Below are positions 61,389-64,000 of a stretch of DNA of 64,000 bases, piece after piece. The notes under the pieces are model-generated. The model saw only the letters and a program-made list of their open reading frames with translations, was not told the origin of the DNA and did not search any database. The first letter of the stretch is position 1, and each line of letters starts with the position of its first letter. The translations under genes and the position numbers were made by a program. The stretch comes from the human T2T-CHM13v2.0 reference genome, Homo sapiens. The DNA is taken from assembly GCF_009914755.1 (NCBI RefSeq), contig NC_060926.1; one strand, 5' to 3'.

Positions 61389-61606
<218 letters not shown>

Positions 61607-61663
61607 CTAGTCCCCATTTTTTTTAAAAAAAGAGACTTTAGGGAGATTAAATGGCAAACAGTC

Positions 61664-61971
61664 GGCCAGATGCAGTGGCTCACAGCTGTAATCCCAGCAC
61701 CTTGGGAGGCCAAGGCAGGTGGATTGCTTGAGACCAGCTTGGGCAACATAGTGAAACTTTGTCTCTACCAAAAATACAAAAAAAAAAAAAAATAGCCGGG
61801 TGTGGTGGCACACACTTGTAGTCCCAGCTACTTGAGAGGCTGAGGTAGGAAGATCACCTGAGCCCAGGGAGGTTGAGGCTGCAGTGAGCTGAAATCACAT
61901 CACTGCATTTTAGCCTGGGTGACAGAGTGAGACCCTGTCTCAAAAAAAAAAAAAGAAAAAGAAAAAAGAAA
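61664..61971 (+). mobile_element. AluJ inserted in a MIR-like remnant
   Basis: Flanking aaacagtc / aaacagcc. Confidence 0.9.
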
Positions 61972-62204
61972 ACAGCCTATGGGGGTCAGAGCCAGGGTCT
62001 CCCTGCTAGATCAGCTGGAACTCTGAGTCCACTTTCTCTTCAAGAGGGAAAGAATGAATGAAAGGGACAGATGAAGGAGGAAGGTGGAAGGAGGTGAAGC
62101 ACAGAACTGGCCTCCCAAGTCCATCCACAATAGAGGGGCAGGGACGGTCAGCAGAAGGTGCTGGAGAGGGGTGAGCACCTCACCTGAGAGGAGGTGGCCT
62201 GAGT
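61955..62204 (+). repeat. Dispersed direct duplication, copy 2 (of 55022-55275)
   Basis: See copy 1; also visible as twin ORFs ending STFLLHLSLSFILSLLKRKWTQSSS. Confidence 0.95.
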
Positions 62205-63081
62205 ATTGGGGCAGAACCCTGGAGCCCAGCAGCCCACGGCAGCCCAGAGGAAGAGCTGCATCTGCAGGTACCCGGGGACAGGCTTCCTTTCCTAGGGCCC
62301 ACATTCCAGAGGGCAGCAGCAGGGCCAGCAGAGGGGACAGTTGCAGCTGTGGGGAAGATGCCCATGCAGGGACTGTAAACGAGTTGGGGCTCAGGATCCC
62401 CTGGCTGGGGCTGGGCTGTGAGCTGAAGACTTAAACCAAGCCAGCCCCCTGGCCGCATATCCCACCCCTCCCCGTCCCAGAGAGGCAAGCGGGCGCAGCA
62501 CTGGGAAGGAGGAGGCGGTTCTAGCTCACCCCTTTCCACAGGCCCCAAGGGCACAGCTGGGTCAGGGCTGAGGTGGAGAGGGGACAAGCATGGTATGTAG
62601 CTTGTCTCAAAGGCACGCTTCCCCATGGGCAGGAAGAACTGCCGGGAGGGGCATCTCCCAAGCTACCTAGATATCCTGGCATCCGCCTTCCCAGCCAGGA
62701 GCAGCACCTTATCCGGATGCATTTGCTCCCCAGCATCAGCCTCCCCGCAGCCACATGGGACGGTGGCACAGTCTTTGGAGCTGACGGACCTGGGTCAGAA
62801 GCCTGACTTTGCCCCCTGACTAGCTGTGTGTCCCTGAAGAAGCTGCCCAGATTCTCTGAGCCTCAGTCTCCTCACAGGCAAAGCAGAGACTTTAACAACT
62901 GCCTGAAAAGGTGCTGTGAGTGCAGATGAGATAATAGGGAGGAAAAACTTTTCCTGTGTCCTCTTATGTTCAGTGACTAGGGGCCTGCGAATTAAACTGA
63001 CAAAAGATAGATTCGCTAGAGAAAAAAGATGGATTTTTATTCTCATACCTATGAGGGAGTTTCACAGAAAAATGTGACTCA

Positions 63082-63286
63082 GTTCAAGGCTGCAGCGAGC
63101 TATGATCCACCGCACTACAGCCTGGGTGACAAAGTGAGAAACTGTCTCAAAAAAAAAAAAAAGAAAAAGAAGAAGAAGATAAAGGAAAAAGAAAAAAAAG
63201 AAAGAAATGTTAAAAATAAAAAATAAAAAAAAAGAAAAGAGAAAAAAGGAGAAAAGGATAAAACAAGTATAAATAAAAAGAAAAAT
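63082..63286 (+). mobile_element. Heavily 5'-truncated AluJ (~67 nt) with ~140 nt A-rich tail
   Basis: gttcaaggctgcagcgagctatgat...actgtctc followed by a long A-rich tract. Confidence 0.85.
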
Positions 63287-63288
63287 GT

Positions 63289-63580
63289 GGCCAGGCGTGG
63301 TGGCTCACACCTGTAATCCCAGCACTTTGAGAGGCCGAGGTGGATAGATCACCTGAGGCCAGGCGTTCACAACCATCCTGGCCAATATGACGAAAGCCCA
63401 TCTCTACTAAAAATACAAAAATTAGCTGGACGCAGTGGCGGGTGCCTGTAATCCCAGCTACTTGGGAGGCTGAGGCAGGAGAATTGCTTGAGATGGAGGT
63501 TGCAGTGAGCCGAGATGGTGCCACTGCACTCCAGCCTGGGTGACAGAGTGAGACTCTGTCTCAAAAAAGAAAAGAAAAGA
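63289..63580 (+). mobile_element. AluSx-like
   Basis: Flanking repeat aagaaaaatg. Confidence 0.95.
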
Positions 63581-64000
63581 AAAATGCAACTCAAGGAGGT
63601 GGTTATAATTTGGGACTTATATACCATGTTAATAGGGGAAGAGGGAAGAGAAGGACCATTTTACTTTTAGGAAAGATAAATGGCCCCTAGGAGAACAGAT
63701 GGCAGCTAGGACAGTTTTGCAACTATGTCTGTTCTGGTGATTTCTTATCTTGGTGCCAGTGCTGACTTCTTGAATTCTTGTATTTGGTGATAGGAGTCCA
63801 TCTCTCTGGTTTTGAAAGTTCCAGGGAAAGGATTTCTGGCAGCTGAATTCTTTTGGGAGCCTCTGCTTTTAGGCAGATTAAGGGGAATAAAAAAATAAAA
63901 AAATAAAAAAATAAACCAGAAAACCCTCTTCAGTGTGGTACATCCTGGATCCCTTCAGACAAGGCACGGGCAATACCTGGCTGGGGGAGCCCCTCACAGG

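Larger units (their letters stand above)
62927..63957 (-). mobile_element. MER34-like ERV1 LTR split by two Alu insertions
   Basis: Minus strand begins tgaagggatccaggatgtaccac; subfamily recalled from memory. Confidence 0.55.

Overview
Primate, very probably human, non-coding genomic DNA; a near-consensus AluYg6 is present, and that subfamily is essentially human-specific. I recognised no protein-coding exon, tRNA, rRNA or CRISPR array. The supplied ORFs are Alu/L1/LTR-derived or look like chance ORFs in GC-rich sequence. The window is dense in transposable elements: about 43 Alu/FLAM pieces, old L1M/HAL1 fragments (including a ~10 kb antisense L1 block at 15-24.7 kb), a twin-primed L1PA, solo LTRs (LTR7, LTR9/MER61-like, MSTA, MLT1/MLT2, MER21, MER34-like, LTR33-like), hAT MITEs, MIR/L2 and a truncated 7SL retrocopy. 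Subfamily names are from memory of consensus sequences and boundaries are approximate unless a TSD is quoted. The best leads are: (1) a chain of minus-strand splice sites at 24.7-25.7 kb, downstream of a co-oriented LTR7, whose exons join into one open frame of 134-145 aa; (2) an AluY plus inverted L1 composite with nested TSDs; (3) a ~250 bp dispersed duplication that starts inside an Alu tail; (4) a 15 bp perfect inverted repeat inside an LTR; (5) an exact 21-mer containing a nuclear-receptor DR0 motif, present twice. I found no convincing evidence of a wholly new biological system.
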